64,000 bases of DNA from an archaeon GW2011_AR5 (GTDB taxonomy: Archaea; Aenigmatarchaeota; Aenigmatarchaeia; GW2011-AR5): positions 368,915-432,914 of the forward strand of contig JWKQ01000001.1 of the NCBI GenBank assembly GCA_000806115.1, in the 5' to 3' direction. The notes beneath the pieces are model-generated. The model searched no databases and was not told the DNA's origin. It saw only the letters and a list, made by a program, of their open reading frames with translations. Numbering within the stretch: position 1 is the stretch's first letter; each line of letters opens with the position of its first letter. The position numbers were made by a program, and so were the translations under genes. This document shows positions 1 to 10,504 of this stretch, piece after piece.

Positions 1-36
1 GCCTAGCTTTTTAAGAGCATCTAAGATAGCTGAACT

Positions 37-504
37 ATGCAGAAAATAACAGCAGCAGGCAGGGAATACAGGTTCAATCCTCATGGGCTCTCTGAAGAGG
101 AACAGCAATGTGTCCGTGATGTAGCAGAAGAAACAATAAGAGAAACTGCAAAGATAAGCGGCGGATTTGTCGAAAGATGCCATTTTTTTAGCAGCGTTGG
201 CTACCGTTTCCTTTCAGCCGCTGTTGCGCGGACAGGGATGAGAAGCCCGAGAATATTGGGCGATGACGCCAATTGCTTTGACCAGCACTACTGGCTAGCG
301 TTCGATGTTCCTTCAGGACTTGTATATGTTGATCCCGTCGGGAGTTACGTCGGGCTGGGAGAGCATGCATCGGATGTCCTGAATACCGACTCAGAAAGGG
401 ATCGCATAATTGCCGGTTATTATATGAGAGGGCGGATAAGGGTTGTTGACCCGCACAAGACGAGGGACAAAGGCGGCGTGTTGCTCAATACAATGGGCAT
501 CTGA
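37..504 (+). CDS. hypothetical protein (155 aa)
   Basis: Complete ATG-to-stop ORF in track with host-like composition. No motif recognised. Confidence 0.45.
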   Translation: MQKITAAGREYRFNPHGLSEEEQQCVRDVAEETIRETAKISGGFVERCHFFSSVGYRFLSAAVARTGMRSPRILGDDANCFDQHYWLAFDVPSGLVYVDPVGSYVGLGEHASDVLNTDSERDRIIAGYYMRGRIRVVDPHKTRDKGGVLLNTMGI

Positions 505-523
505 AAGAGAGATATGGCTTTGT

Positions 524-775
524 TCAGCGATGAGGACAACCGGGCCAGCAACAAGGCCGGCGTTTTCCTTCAACAAGTTCCGCACACGCCCGTTCGATAT
601 GCTGTTTTCTTGTTTCCGGCTTCTTTACCGATGTAATCCAGCATATCCACTCATTGCGTGCAAGCGGTGTAAGGCTGTTCCAAGCTTTTCGCGCAAGCGG
701 TTTAGAAACAAGGGCTTTCTGCAAATCCGCGGGTACACTATGCGTCACGCCTGCTGAGATTTCTTTCTTTGTCAT
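524..775 (-). CDS. YdeI/OmpD-associated family protein
   Basis: The VPADLQKAL...WITSVKKPETRKQHIERA pattern is typical of the YdeI family. Start moved to the internal ATG (MTKKEIS) at 775 so it clears the upstream gene ending at 807. Confidence 0.55.
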   Translation of the reverse strand: MTKKEISAGVTHSVPADLQKALVSKPLARKAWNSLTPLARNEWICWITSVKKPETRKQHIERACAELVEGKRRPCCWPGCPHR

Positions 776-806
776 ATATTTTTCTCCAGCGACAGCTTGC
801 ACAGAA

Positions 807-1946
807 CTAGCGCTTCCTGTAGACAAGCTTGATAAGTATGGGGGCTATAATCGTGGTTGTGACTATTGCAAAAACCAGCGAGGTGTACACGGCGGTTGTT
901 ATCACCCCAAGAAGCAGGACTATCTGCAGTATGACTATGTTCTCGTCGCCCCTCGGCATCATTGACACGCCGATGAGCTTCATCTCGTCGCGGCTGGCGC
1001 CAATGAACCACGAAAAGAGCCCGCACCCGATGAGCTTCCCGAGGAGCGCGGCTATCATTATGGCCACCACGAGCATCACGTTCAGGTTGGCAAATATAAG
1101 CAGCGTGCCGATTGACGCGTAGAACAGCGGCACTAGGAACCCTTTTGCCATCACGTTCACCTTCTGCGTGATAATCGGCTCGGCGAACTGGCTGTTTGAC
1201 ATCGCCATGCCTGCCAGGAACGCGCCGGTTGCGACACTGAGCCCAAGGTTGTTGGTGACATAGGCAAGTATGAAGGCAATTGCTATGGGGACTGCGAACA
1301 ATACCTGCTCATCCCTGAACATGTTTATCTTGTCAAGGAATTTTCCTATCTTCTTCGCGCCGAACTCAAGAACCACGACGTAGAATCCTATGCTCACCAG
1401 GAAAATTATGAACATCTGCGAAAGCGCTATTGCCTGGTGGACATACATATTGAAGAATGAAAGCGCCAGTATCCCGACGATATCGTCAGCGATGGTTATG
1501 GCAATTATCATCTTTCCCGTGCGCGAATCGAACTCACCGCTTCGCATCAGCAAGAGGAACAGCGCGCCGTTGCTTGTTGATATCATGACGGTGCCGATTG
1601 CCATGGCTATCAGCATGCTGTTGAAGAAAACCATACCAACTATGAAGCCGAACAGGAAAGAGATAAGCCCGCCTGCTGCGGCAAGGAAACTGGCACGATA
1701 AGTATATTTCTTTATCTCCTCAAACTTCACCTCAAGCCCCGCTATGAAGAGCAGGAAGATGACGCCGAATGTCAAAAAACCCTGCAAAAAGTCGCCGATA
1801 ACCACCCACCCGAGCACTGGGCCGAGTATCATGCCCGCGGCTATCTCGCCGACAAGCGAAGCCACGCCGACGCGCTCCACAAGCTCGCCGAGCAGCTTCG
1901 CAACGAGAAGCATGACGCCCATGGCAAGAAGAATCTGTTCAACCAT
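807..1946 (-). CDS. cation:proton antiporter (CPA-type Na+/H+ or K+/H+ exchanger)
   Basis: 379 aa polytopic membrane protein. N-terminus LLGELVERVGVASLVGEIAAGMILGP is typical of Kef/NapA-type exchangers. Confidence 0.8.
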   Translation of the reverse strand: MVEQILLAMGVMLLVAKLLGELVERVGVASLVGEIAAGMILGPVLGWVVIGDFLQGFLTFGVIFLLFIAGLEVKFEEIKKYTYRASFLAAAGGLISFLFGFIVGMVFFNSMLIAMAIGTVMISTSNGALFLLLMRSGEFDSRTGKMIIAITIADDIVGILALSFFNMYVHQAIALSQMFIIFLVSIGFYVVVLEFGAKKIGKFLDKINMFRDEQVLFAVPIAIAFILAYVTNNLGLSVATGAFLAGMAMSNSQFAEPIITQKVNVMAKGFLVPLFYASIGTLLIFANLNVMLVVAIMIAALLGKLIGCGLFSWFIGASRDEMKLIGVSMMPRGDENIVILQIVLLLGVITTAVYTSLVFAIVTTTIIAPILIKLVYRKR

Positions 1947-2118
1947 ACGTATCCTTTTCTTGTAAGAAAAGCCTACGTATCACCAAAAGAACGAGTGATC
2001 TTGCAGGCTTGTCTTCAAGTATTACTTGAAACGGCTGAAAATAAAGATTTTGCCAATTACCAGAAGGCTACGAGATTTGAATTAAATAAATTTTGCACCC
2101 TTAATCTAATGGGTGTGT

Positions 2119-2382
2119 ATGCGTCCGGTGCTTATTGCTGTCGTGCTGATAGGACTTCTTGCGCTAGCCGGCACGTCGCATGCGTTCTATTTCAGCACAT
2201 TCGGCGGCTATGGAGGCTATAGCGGATACTCCTACAGCAATTACGGATATGGCTATTCCGGATATTCTAACAGCTTCTACTCGCCTGGCTTCAGGACGGG
2301 ATACTACTCGAACCCGTTCGGCTCGTACGGCGGTTACGGCTACTCAAGGAGCAGCGCGAGCTTCCTCTTCCGCAGCTGGTAG
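2119..2382 (+). CDS. small secreted Gly/Tyr/Ser-rich low-complexity protein
   Basis: Signal-peptide-like MRPVLIAVVLIGLLALAGTSHA is followed by about 65 aa made almost only of G, Y, S, F and N (GGYGGYSGYSYSNYGYGYSGYS...). ATG at 2119 lies inside track ORF 2113..2382. Confidence 0.5.
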   Translation: MRPVLIAVVLIGLLALAGTSHAFYFSTFGGYGGYSGYSYSNYGYGYSGYSNSFYSPGFRTGYYSNPFGSYGGYGYSRSSASFLFRSW

Positions 2383-2427
2383 TTCAATTTTTGCCCTAAA
2401 TTAAGTATAAAAGTCTAACTATGTATA

Positions 2428-2877
2428 TTGTCCGATATGTCTATAGAGCGACATACGCCTCACAGGTCTGCGCCGCCCTCGGAAAAGGAGATATTCGGCG
2501 AGCGCGAGTTCAGCGAGATAGAACTCGGGCTGCTCCAGATGCAAATTCTGTGGCTGCTTTCGCGGAAGAGCACGCACGGCTACGACATAATGAAGATGCT
2601 CGGCGAAATAAAAAAGACAAAAGTGACGCAGGGCACGCTCTACCCAACGCTGCAGTCCTTGGAAAAACGCGCCCTCATAAAGAGGCACGACGAGGACAGG
2701 AAAAGCGTGTACAGCATAACGCTCAAGGGGAGAAAAGTCATGAACGAGACATGCCTTGACTTTTCGCGCACATTCTTCGGAATATTCCAAAACTTCGTCT
2801 GCGAGAAATGCGTCGGGCACGACGAGCACGCGGACAAACACAGACACGACTTGGTGAACATAGGTGATAAAAAATGA
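2428..2877 (+). CDS. PadR-family transcriptional regulator
   Basis: Winged-helix signature [19 protein letters not shown]...[16 protein letters not shown]. Its stop overlaps the sufC start, so it leads the suf operon. Confidence 0.75.
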   Translation: MSDMSIERHTPHRSAPPSEKEIFGEREFSEIELGLLQMQILWLLSRKSTHGYDIMKMLGEIKKTKVTQGTLYPTLQSLEKRALIKRHDEDRKSVYSITLKGRKVMNETCLDFSRTFFGIFQNFVCEKCVGHDEHADKHRHDLVNIGDKK

Positions 2878-3629
2878 ACAAACTGGAAATTAAAAACCTG
2901 CACGTATCCATTGGAGAAAAGGAAATAATCAAGGGATTCAACCTCACCATAAAAGAAGGCGAAATCCACGCGGTGATGGGCCCCAACGGCTCCGGCAAGT
3001 CCACGCTGAGCTATGCCATAATGGGTCACCCGCGTTACACAGTAACAGAAGGCGAAATACTTTTCAACGACAAGAACATAAACGAGATGTCCACCGACGA
3101 GCGCGCAAAGCTCGGACTTTTCCTGTGTTTCCAGTATCCAATGGAGGTTCACGGCGTCCAGGTTTCCAATTTCCTGAGGCTTGCTTCCAACAGCGTGCAG
3201 GGAGCGGAGGAGCCCGTGAGCGAATTCAGAAAAAGGCTCAAGGAGAACATGGCTTCGTTGAAAATGAGCGACCAATTTGCAAGCCGCTACCTCAACGACG
3301 GATTTTCGGGGGGCGAAAAAAAGCGCGGAGAGATACTCCAGATGTCAGTTCTCAAGCCGAAATTTGCCATACTCGACGAGGCGGACTCGGGGCTTGACAT
3401 AGACGCGCTGAAAATAGTGGCGGAAGGCGTGAACAATTCAATGAATACAACGCCGCTCGGAGTCCTGATAATAACGCACTACCAGAGGATACTCAACTTC
3501 ATCAAGCCGAACTTCGTCCACATAGTGGTTGACGGAAAGATAGTGCAGTCCGGCGGACCCGAACTTGCCGAGCGTCTTGACGGAGAGGGATACGGCTGGG
3601 CTTACGAAAAAGAAGAAGCGGTGATATAA
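2874..3629 (+). CDS. sufC: Fe-S cluster assembly ATPase SufC
   Basis: Walker [13 protein letters not shown] signature FSGGEKKR, Walker [11 protein letters not shown]. Located upstream of sufB. Confidence 0.95.
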   Translation: MNKLEIKNLHVSIGEKEIIKGFNLTIKEGEIHAVMGPNGSGKSTLSYAIMGHPRYTVTEGEILFNDKNINEMSTDERAKLGLFLCFQYPMEVHGVQVSNFLRLASNSVQGAEEPVSEFRKRLKENMASLKMSDQFASRYLNDGFSGGEKKRGEILQMSVLKPKFAILDEADSGLDIDALKIVAEGVNNSMNTTPLGVLIITHYQRILNFIKPNFVHIVVDGKIVQSGGPELAERLDGEGYGWAYEKEEAVI

Positions 3630-5057
3630 ATGACGGAACAAAAGACTGAACAAAACCAGCAGCTTCATGACATACGCTCGAACTATGACGAACAGTTCGG
3701 GTTCAATGTAGACACGCCTACAATCAGGCAGACAAAGAAAGGGCTTTCACCCGAGATAGTAAGAGAGATTTCTGAGCTGAAGGGCGAGCCTCAGTGGATG
3801 CTGGACTTCAGGCTGAAGGCGCTTGAAACTTTCATGAGAAAGCCCATGCCAAAATGGGGGCCTGACCTCAGCATAATTAATTTTGACAATATCACATACT
3901 ACCTTTCTGCATCAAAAAACAAGGCAAAGAGCTGGGACGACGTTCCGGAGGGAATCAAGAACACCTTCGACAGGCTCGGGATTCCCGAAGCCGAGAAGAA
4001 ATTCCTCGCAGGTGTGGAGGCGCAGTTCGATTCTGAAGTTGTTTACAGCAAAGTCAGGGAAGACCTGGAGAAACTGGGCGTCATATTCTGCTCGACAGAC
4101 CAGGCGCTGAAGGAGCATCCGGAACTGTTCAGGGAATTCTTCGGCACCGTCATACCGTCGGAGGACAACAAGTTTTCCGCTTTGAACAGCGCATTCTGGT
4201 CAGGCGGCTCTTTCGTTTATGTGCCGAAAGGCGTGGATGTTCCAATACCTTTGCAGGCGTACTTCAGGATAAACACAAAGGAACTCGGGCAGTTCGAGAG
4301 AACACTGATAATTGCAGACGAAGGCAGCAAGGTGCATTATATCGAGGGCTGTACCGCACCGAGCTATTCCACTGACAGTCTGCATGCGGCGGTTGTCGAA
4401 GTCATCGCAATGCCCGGCGCCCACGTGAGGTACACGACGCTGCAGAACTGGTCAAACAACGTCTACAACCTTGTCACGAAGCGCGCTTTTGCCCACAAGA
4501 ACGCCATAGTCGAATGGCTCGACGCCAACATAGGCAGCAAGATCACGATGAAGTTCCCGAGCGTCTACCTGCTCGGCGAGAATGCGAAAGCGGACATGAT
4601 GTCAATAGCTTTTGCCGGAAAAGGACAGCTGCAGGACACCGGTGCCAAGGCAGTTCACCTAGCGCCGAACACGACATCGAGCATAATAAGCAAGTCAATA
4701 AGCAAGGACGGCGGACGCACAACCTACAGGGGGCTTGTGCGCGTCAACAAAGGGTGCACGGGCGTGAAATCAAACGTGCGCTGCGACGCGCTCCTAATGG
4801 ACGACAAGTCGACGTCCGATACGGTGCCGTACATAGAGATTGACGAGAAAAAAGTGTCCATAGGGCACGAAGCATCCGTGGGAAAAATCGGCGAGGAACA
4901 GCTTTTCTATCTTATGTCGCGGGGACTTAGCGAGCAGGAGGCGACGGGACTGATAGTCCGCGGCTTCTTCGACTGCTTCACGAAACAGCTCCCGCTTGAG
5001 TATGCCGTTGAATTCAACCGACTCATCGAGATGGAGATGGAAGGAAGCGTCGGGTGA
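3630..5057 (+). CDS. sufB: Fe-S cluster assembly protein SufB
   Basis: 475 aa with a typical SufB C-terminus ([26 protein letters not shown]). Confidence 0.95.
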   Translation: MTEQKTEQNQQLHDIRSNYDEQFGFNVDTPTIRQTKKGLSPEIVREISELKGEPQWMLDFRLKALETFMRKPMPKWGPDLSIINFDNITYYLSASKNKAKSWDDVPEGIKNTFDRLGIPEAEKKFLAGVEAQFDSEVVYSKVREDLEKLGVIFCSTDQALKEHPELFREFFGTVIPSEDNKFSALNSAFWSGGSFVYVPKGVDVPIPLQAYFRINTKELGQFERTLIIADEGSKVHYIEGCTAPSYSTDSLHAAVVEVIAMPGAHVRYTTLQNWSNNVYNLVTKRAFAHKNAIVEWLDANIGSKITMKFPSVYLLGENAKADMMSIAFAGKGQLQDTGAKAVHLAPNTTSSIISKSISKDGGRTTYRGLVRVNKGCTGVKSNVRCDALLMDDKSTSDTVPYIEIDEKKVSIGHEASVGKIGEEQLFYLMSRGLSEQEATGLIVRGFFDCFTKQLPLEYAVEFNRLIEMEMEGSVG

Positions 5058-5061
5058 GAAA

Positions 5062-5265
5062 ATGTACGTTTCTGTCAATGCACAAACACGAAGAGAGGCA
5101 GCTCTAAGGGCTGAAAGCGCCGCCATTTCGAGAGGATATGACGGAGAGTCGCTAAGAGTGGAGCTTGGAGGACTGACAGCAAACGGCAGCGCCTATCGCA
5201 TTATGTCAGACCGTCCCGACAGCCATATTGTCCTGCGTGCAATCAAGGAAGCAATGGAGAGCTAA
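5062..5265 (+). CDS. small hypothetical protein (67 aa) inside the suf operon
   Basis: ATG at 5062, 4 nt after the sufB stop, in frame with track ORF 4996..5265. Ends 5 nt before sufD. Confidence 0.4.
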   Translation: MYVSVNAQTRREAALRAESAAISRGYDGESLRVELGGLTANGSAYRIMSDRPDSHIVLRAIKEAMES

Positions 5266-5270
5266 TAATT

Positions 5271-6365
5271 ATGCAATCAATGATACAGGAGCCAAACTGG
5301 CTTGAAGAAATAAGAAGAAACGCCCTGCAAAAGTTCTCGCAGCTACCGCTGCCCCAGGAAAGGGAAGAGGAATGGAGGTACACGGACCTGAGAAGCTTCG
5401 GCATAGAGTTCAAGTCGGGCGACAGCGAGATAGCGATGGACGGCAAAACGGACGGGATTTTCACTGACTTGATAAGCGCGGCAAGGAACCATCCCGACAT
5501 CCTCAGAAAACATCTCGGCACCGCCGTGAAGATAACGGACAAGTTCTCCGCTTTCCACTATGCGAACATAACCAACGGAATATTGATATATTTGCCGGAC
5601 AACAAGACTGCCAGGCTCAACTCGAAGATAACAGGCGGCGGACACACAATAATAATCACCGGCAGGAACAGCAGGCTTGACTACATGGAAGAATACGCCG
5701 GAGGCGGGATGAGCACGGATGCCCTTGAGATATTCGCAGGCGAGAACAGCATAATCAACATCGCGTCAGTGCAGAGGTGCAACCCGGACGCGAAAATATT
5801 CTCCTTCAAGGAAGCGGTACTTGACAAGAACGCGACAGTTAACATGATATTCGGCTCCTTCGGGGGCGGCTTCCACAGGCTCAAATCAGGAACATTCCTT
5901 GGCGGAGAAGGCGCGAGCAGCGAGGTGCTTTGCGGCTTCAAGGGAAAAAACAACCAGCACATCGATTTCACGGTCAACTGCAACCATGCCGTGCCGCACA
6001 CCAGAAACAATATTTTTGCCAAAGGCACCGTCACAGACGCCTCGACATCCGTATTCCGCGGCATGATAAAGGTTGAGAAAGACGCGCAGCAGACTGACTC
6101 GTACCTGTCGGACCATACTCTGATACTCAGCGACAATGCGCTCGCGAACAGCATTCCCGGGCTGCAGATAGAGGCGAATGACGTCAAGGCAAGCCACGGC
6201 GCCACCGTGGGGCAGATAGACGAGGAACAGCTTTTCTACCTCATGGCAAGGGGGCTCTCAAGAAGCGGGGCGGAACAGCTGATTGTGTCCGGATTTTTTG
6301 AGCAGCTTATTGAGAAGATTTCAGACGCCGAATACAAGGAGATGTTCAGGGCGGCAGTCCAGTAA
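5271..6365 (+). CDS. sufD: Fe-S cluster assembly protein SufD
   Basis: 364 aa. The SufB/D-family C-terminus ([22 protein letters not shown]) follows sufB. Confidence 0.85.
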   Translation: MQSMIQEPNWLEEIRRNALQKFSQLPLPQEREEEWRYTDLRSFGIEFKSGDSEIAMDGKTDGIFTDLISAARNHPDILRKHLGTAVKITDKFSAFHYANITNGILIYLPDNKTARLNSKITGGGHTIIITGRNSRLDYMEEYAGGGMSTDALEIFAGENSIINIASVQRCNPDAKIFSFKEAVLDKNATVNMIFGSFGGGFHRLKSGTFLGGEGASSEVLCGFKGKNNQHIDFTVNCNHAVPHTRNNIFAKGTVTDASTSVFRGMIKVEKDAQQTDSYLSDHTLILSDNALANSIPGLQIEANDVKASHGATVGQIDEEQLFYLMARGLSRSGAEQLIVSGFFEQLIEKISDAEYKEMFRAAVQ

Positions 6366-6379
6366 TTTTTTCTGAACAG

Positions 6380-7603
6380 GTGATTTATATAACAGATTTC
6401 AGCAAAATACGCAATGATTTTCCGATACTGAAAAGGAAGGTGAACGGGAAACAGCTGGTGTACCTGGACAACGCTGCAACCACGCAGAAGCCGAGGCAGG
6501 TTATAGACAGGATAACCGATTACTACATGAATCATAACGCCAATATACACCGCGGAATTCACAAGTTAAGCGAGGAAGCGACTGAAGAGTACGAAGGCGC
6601 AAGGGAGCGCACTGCAAAATTTATCAGCGCAAGCGCAAGGGAAATTATATTCACGAAGAACACCACGGAAAGCCTGAACATACTTGCCTACTGGGCGCTG
6701 CGCACGCTCGGCAAAGGCGACGAGGTTGTAGTGAGCGTCATGGAACACCACAGCAACATCGTGCCGTGGCAGATGCTTGTTGAGAAAGGAATCACACTGA
6801 AAATAGCGGGAATAAAAAAAGACGGCTCGCTTGACATGGATCATCTCAATAAATTAGTCACAAAAAAGACGAAAATCGTTTCCATAGCTCACGCGTCAAA
6901 TGTGCTCGGTACCATAAATCCGATAAAAGAAATAGCAAAGCTCGCGCACGACGCAGGCGCATTAATGATAGTTGATGGCGCGCAGAGCGTCCCGCATATG
7001 CCCGTTGACGTAAAAAATCTGGACGTCGATTTCCTCGCGTTTTCCAGCCACAAGATGCTGGGGCCGACGGGAATAGGCGTGCTCTTCGGAAAAGAGGAAC
7101 TGTTGAAGAAAGCAACGCCATTCCTGCGCGGCGGGGACATGATAAAGGAAGTTTTTCAGCAGACCGCCACATGGAATGAAATCCCGTGGAAATTCGAGGC
7201 AGGCACGCCGAACATTGCCGACGTCATCGGATTCGGCGCGGCGATAGACTACCTGAATAAAATCGGGATGAAGAACATCAGGGAGCATGAGATTGAACTT
7301 ACAAAATATGCGATGAAAAAACTCGGGGCGATGAAAGGCGTCACGCTCCACGGCACTGCCAAGGACAAAGGCGGCGCGGTTTCCTTCAGTATAGACGGCG
7401 TGCATCCCCATGACACGGCAACCATACTTGACAGCGAAGGCATAGCGATACGCTCCGGCCACCTTTGCGCGCAGCCGCTGATGGAGCGATTGGGCGTGCC
7501 GGCAGTGGGCAGGGCAAGCTTCTACGTCTACAACACAAAGGGAGAGGTAGACAAGCTCGTGGCTGGCGTGGAAAAAGTGAAAAAGACTTTCAAAGTCATT
7601 TAA
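6380..7603 (+). CDS. sufS: cysteine desulfurase SufS (class V aminotransferase)
   Basis: LDNAATTQKP, PLP-lysine region SSHKMLGPTGIG and active-site RSGHLCAQP. Confidence 0.9.
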   Translation: MIYITDFSKIRNDFPILKRKVNGKQLVYLDNAATTQKPRQVIDRITDYYMNHNANIHRGIHKLSEEATEEYEGARERTAKFISASAREIIFTKNTTESLNILAYWALRTLGKGDEVVVSVMEHHSNIVPWQMLVEKGITLKIAGIKKDGSLDMDHLNKLVTKKTKIVSIAHASNVLGTINPIKEIAKLAHDAGALMIVDGAQSVPHMPVDVKNLDVDFLAFSSHKMLGPTGIGVLFGKEELLKKATPFLRGGDMIKEVFQQTATWNEIPWKFEAGTPNIADVIGFGAAIDYLNKIGMKNIREHEIELTKYAMKKLGAMKGVTLHGTAKDKGGAVSFSIDGVHPHDTATILDSEGIAIRSGHLCAQPLMERLGVPAVGRASFYVYNTKGEVDKLVAGVEKVKKTFKVI

Positions 7604-7614
7604 CCGGTGATTGC

Positions 7615-8028
7615 ATGGACATGTACGCGGAGACGATACTGGAACACTACAGGCATCCGCATAATCATGGAAAGCTTGCAGGAAACGTCGAGCACAGGGA
7701 GAGCAACCCGCTTTGCGGCGACGTGATTACAATCTACCTCATGATAGAAAACAACAAGGTGAAAGACGTGAAATTCGTCGGCAAGGGATGCGCCATAAGC
7801 CAGGCGGCAACATCGCTGCTCACGGATGAGATAAAAGGCAAGTCGCTCGATGAGATAAAGAATCTTGACAAACAATTTGCCCTGGAGCTTCTTGGCGTGG
7901 AGATAAGCGCGGCACGCATGAAGTGCGCATTGCTCGGGATAAAGGCATTAAAGCTCACGGTTTATGATTATCTCACCAGGCAGGACAAAACATTGAAGGA
8001 GAAAGAGTTCGAGGTTGAAGACGCATAA
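7615..8028 (+). CDS. sufU: SufU/IscU-like Fe-S scaffold
   Basis: HYRHPHNHG, NPLCGD and GKGCAIS motifs. ATG at 7615 lies within track ORF 7465..8028, just after the sufS stop. Confidence 0.85.
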   Translation: MDMYAETILEHYRHPHNHGKLAGNVEHRESNPLCGDVITIYLMIENNKVKDVKFVGKGCAISQAATSLLTDEIKGKSLDEIKNLDKQFALELLGVEISAARMKCALLGIKALKLTVYDYLTRQDKTLKEKEFEVEDA

Positions 8029-8103
8029 TAATATGAAAAAGTCTAGTAATATTCCAAAGTTCTTTTGGGGTAAAACCTAGACCTTTTCTTTCAAGAAAAG
8101 GGA

Positions 8104-8409
8104 TTGGTAATGAACGTAGACGAACTTGACCAGGTAATCCGCGGGATGACAGGCAGCAAGGAGACGAAGCAGCCGATGCGCGTGATATCACACTGGATTA
8201 AGCGCATAAAAGATTCCAAGAACAGCGAGTACATAATGTACGACGAGGTTGAGTTGAACAGCCTGCTGAAGCTGCAGGAACTCAAGTTGATAACCATAAC
8301 AGAAGGCGGAAAGGACGAAAAGATAGGCGTAGTGCATGTCAAATTGACAGACTCGGGCAGTGAACTATACAAGGACTTCTTCAAGACGGGATATTTTTTG
8401 AAAGCGTGA
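8104..8409 (+). CDS. hypothetical protein (101 aa)
   Basis: Track ORF. Its stop overlaps the start of the next ORF. Confidence 0.45.
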   Translation: MVMNVDELDQVIRGMTGSKETKQPMRVISHWIKRIKDSKNSEYIMYDEVELNSLLKLQELKLITITEGGKDEKIGVVHVKLTDSGSELYKDFFKTGYFLKA

Positions 8410-8651
8410 ATATGACAGATATTGATTTTGAAAAAGAAGGCAGACAAATAAGCAATAAAGTCCAGTGCGCATATCTTGATGTCATATATGGAGGATTTGG
8501 GGATAAAATGTCTCTTCGGATGGAATGCCACAATCTTCTATGCGGCCCAATGCATGGCTGCTGTTTTTACGAAGAAGGGAAATGCGATTATCGTTCACAA
8601 GAGGCAAAACCTGAACTTACATATAATCCAGACGGGTGGTTGGACGAATGA
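8406..8651 (+). CDS. hypothetical Cys-rich protein (81 aa)
   Basis: Track ORF, coupled to flanking ORFs by 4-nt overlaps. Confidence 0.4.
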   Translation: MNMTDIDFEKEGRQISNKVQCAYLDVIYGGFGDKMSLRMECHNLLCGPMHGCCFYEEGKCDYRSQEAKPELTYNPDGWLDE

Positions 8652-8755
8652 AATGCGAAATCTGTCACAAGGAACTGACCAAGCAGAACACTACGATGAT
8701 GGAAGATGTCTGCGACGAATGCGCAGGCAGCCACGCTAAGTCTATGTTCTTCTAA
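8648..8755 (+). CDS. zinc-ribbon microprotein (35 aa)
   Basis: My own translation gives MKCEICHKELTKQNTTMMEDVCDECAGSHAKSMFF, with CxxC...CxxC. ATGA overlap with the upstream stop. Below the track length cutoff. Confidence 0.35.
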   Translation: MKCEICHKELTKQNTTMMEDVCDECAGSHAKSMFF

Positions 8756-9336
8756 TTCACTTTTCTCCAAATATCAAAATCACATTCTCCTACGGCGTTC
8801 TCTATGGCAGCTTGATACTCTTCAATGGTGCCGAACCTGAATGGCCTTCCTGTGGCTGTCTGATAGAAAAGGACGTTGCACCCGTGTAGCACTCCCAACA
8901 AGACCGCCGCGTCGTGCATCTCGTGATCTCTGTCACGGAACGTAACAACATCGCCTGGCATGGTTTCCCCACTGATTCTTGCAAAACTATTCCCGTACTG
9001 AAGAAAATCCTGCATAAATGCCGGGGACACAAAACCGGGACGATTTAATTCCAGCCGGGGAAAGGCAATATAACTTTCACCATCAGGGCTTTTTTGCCGG
9101 GCTCTTTCAGGGGTCCAATAATCCTTGATTCCGTCTTCCGTTCTGCTGACGTAGGCGATTGTTCCACAACAATTTGAAAAAGCGCCGCCTGAACGGTACC
9201 TATGTGTTGCATATCTAAAGGGCGGATCAAAGCATCTAACAGCCAGCAAAGGATTCCTGTCAAGTCTCAATATTGCTTCCGCATACGGCGTTTGTTCTGC
9301 AAGCCTCCTTCCTTCTGTCGTGCTTATGACTTTCAT
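8752..9336 (-). CDS. hypothetical protein, possible papain-fold (NlpC/P60-like) hydrolase
   Basis: 194 aa ORF. A Cys (NCCGTIAY) followed by PGDVVTF...HDAAVLLG resembles the NlpC/P60 Cys...GDxxxF...H order. Weak call. Confidence 0.5.
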   Translation of the reverse strand: MKVISTTEGRRLAEQTPYAEAILRLDRNPLLAVRCFDPPFRYATHRYRSGGAFSNCCGTIAYVSRTEDGIKDYWTPERARQKSPDGESYIAFPRLELNRPGFVSPAFMQDFLQYGNSFARISGETMPGDVVTFRDRDHEMHDAAVLLGVLHGCNVLFYQTATGRPFRFGTIEEYQAAIENAVGECDFDIWRKVN

Positions 9337-9397
9337 ATAGAAAAATTTTCAGGAATCTTTAAGAATCTCCAAGCATACCTAATTATCTGGTGTTCTA

Positions 9398-10504
9398 ATG
9401 GTGGAATTCGACGGCTTCGGACCCGAGAAAATAATACAGGTTTATCATCCCAAATCAGGAATGAAAGGGGTTCTCGTTATCGACTCGACGGCGCTCGGGC
9501 CGGGCAAGGGTGGCATAAGAATGACACCGTCGGTGAGCGTCGAGGAAGTTGCAAAACTGGCAAGGGCGATGACGTGGAAGAACGCAATGGCGGAGTTGCC
9601 TTTCGGCGGGGCGAAAGCCGGCATAATGGCAGATACTAAGAAACTATCCGAGCAGCACAAGAAGGAAATTGTTGCTGCATTCTCCGACGCGCTGCGCCCG
9701 GTTTGTCCCGACATGTACGTGGCTGCGCCGGACATGTACTTCGCCGAGGAAGAAGTGAGGACATTCGTCGAGACGAACGGCTCCATGAAGGCAGCCACAG
9801 GAAAGCCGAAAGACATGGGTGGGCTGCCCCACGAACTGGGTTCTACAGGGTTTGGCGTTTTTCATTCAGTCCTTGTTGCGGCGGAACACATAGGACTGGA
9901 AATAAAAGGCGCAACGTTCGCGGTTGAAGGATTCGGAAACGTCGGCGAGTTTGTGGCAAAATTCCTCACAGAAAGAGGAGCGAAGCTTGTGGGCGTCTCA
10001 GACTCAAAAGGGTGCCTGTACAACGAGGACGGAATCGGCTACCAGAAACTTGACGAGATAAAGAAAACTACCGGCTCCGTAACAAATTACCCCGGGAAGG
10101 TGCTTCCAAACAAGGACATCATAAAGCTTGACGCTGACATACTCATCCCCGCAGCCGTGCCGAACCTTATAATTGCCGGCGATATTGACAGCGTAAAAGC
10201 AAAACTTATAGTGGAAGGCTCGAACATACCAATGGACGCCCAAACCGAAACATTGTTGCACAGGAAAGGCGTCACTGTGATACCGGATTTTGTCGCCAAT
10301 GCAGGCGGCGTAATAAGCAGCTATATCGAGTACATAGGCGGAACCGAGAAGGAAATGTTCAGAATGGTGGAAGAAAAAATATCAAAGAACACGAAAATGA
10401 TTCTCAAGAAAAGCGGCAAAAGCAAGACCCCAAGGGACGCCGCGATGGAAACGGCGATGGAACGCGTTCTCAAGGAATGCAAAATCTGCAAGATTGACAA
10501 GTGA
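9398..10504 (+). CDS. Glu/Leu/Phe/Val-family amino-acid dehydrogenase (glutamate dehydrogenase-like)
   Basis: KGGIRM and catalytic GGAKAGI motifs. Rossmann GFGNVG. Confidence 0.85.
   Translation: MVEFDGFGPEKIIQVYHPKSGMKGVLVIDSTALGPGKGGIRMTPSVSVEEVAKLARAMTWKNAMAELPFGGAKAGIMADTKKLSEQHKKEIVAAFSDALRPVCPDMYVAAPDMYFAEEEVRTFVETNGSMKAATGKPKDMGGLPHELGSTGFGVFHSVLVAAEHIGLEIKGATFAVEGFGNVGEFVAKFLTERGAKLVGVSDSKGCLYNEDGIGYQKLDEIKKTTGSVTNYPGKVLPNKDIIKLDADILIPAAVPNLIIAGDIDSVKAKLIVEGSNIPMDAQTETLLHRKGVTVIPDFVANAGGVISSYIEYIGGTEKEMFRMVEEKISKNTKMILKKSGKSKTPRDAAMETAMERVLKECKICKIDK

Noticed and set aside
2640-3275. 211-aa minus-strand ORF overlapping padR and sufC
   Set aside because: It is antisense to two genes with strong motifs, making it a typical shadow ORF.
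7465-7614. N-terminal extensions of track ORFs (7465 for sufU, 41315 for the ATPase, 50514 for the lipoprotein, 49235, 25760, 58783, 34578)
   Set aside because: The extensions overlap upstream genes or are Arg/Gly-rich junk. Internal ATG/GTG codons with SD-like GGAGG/AGGTGA sites give compact, better-fitting genes.
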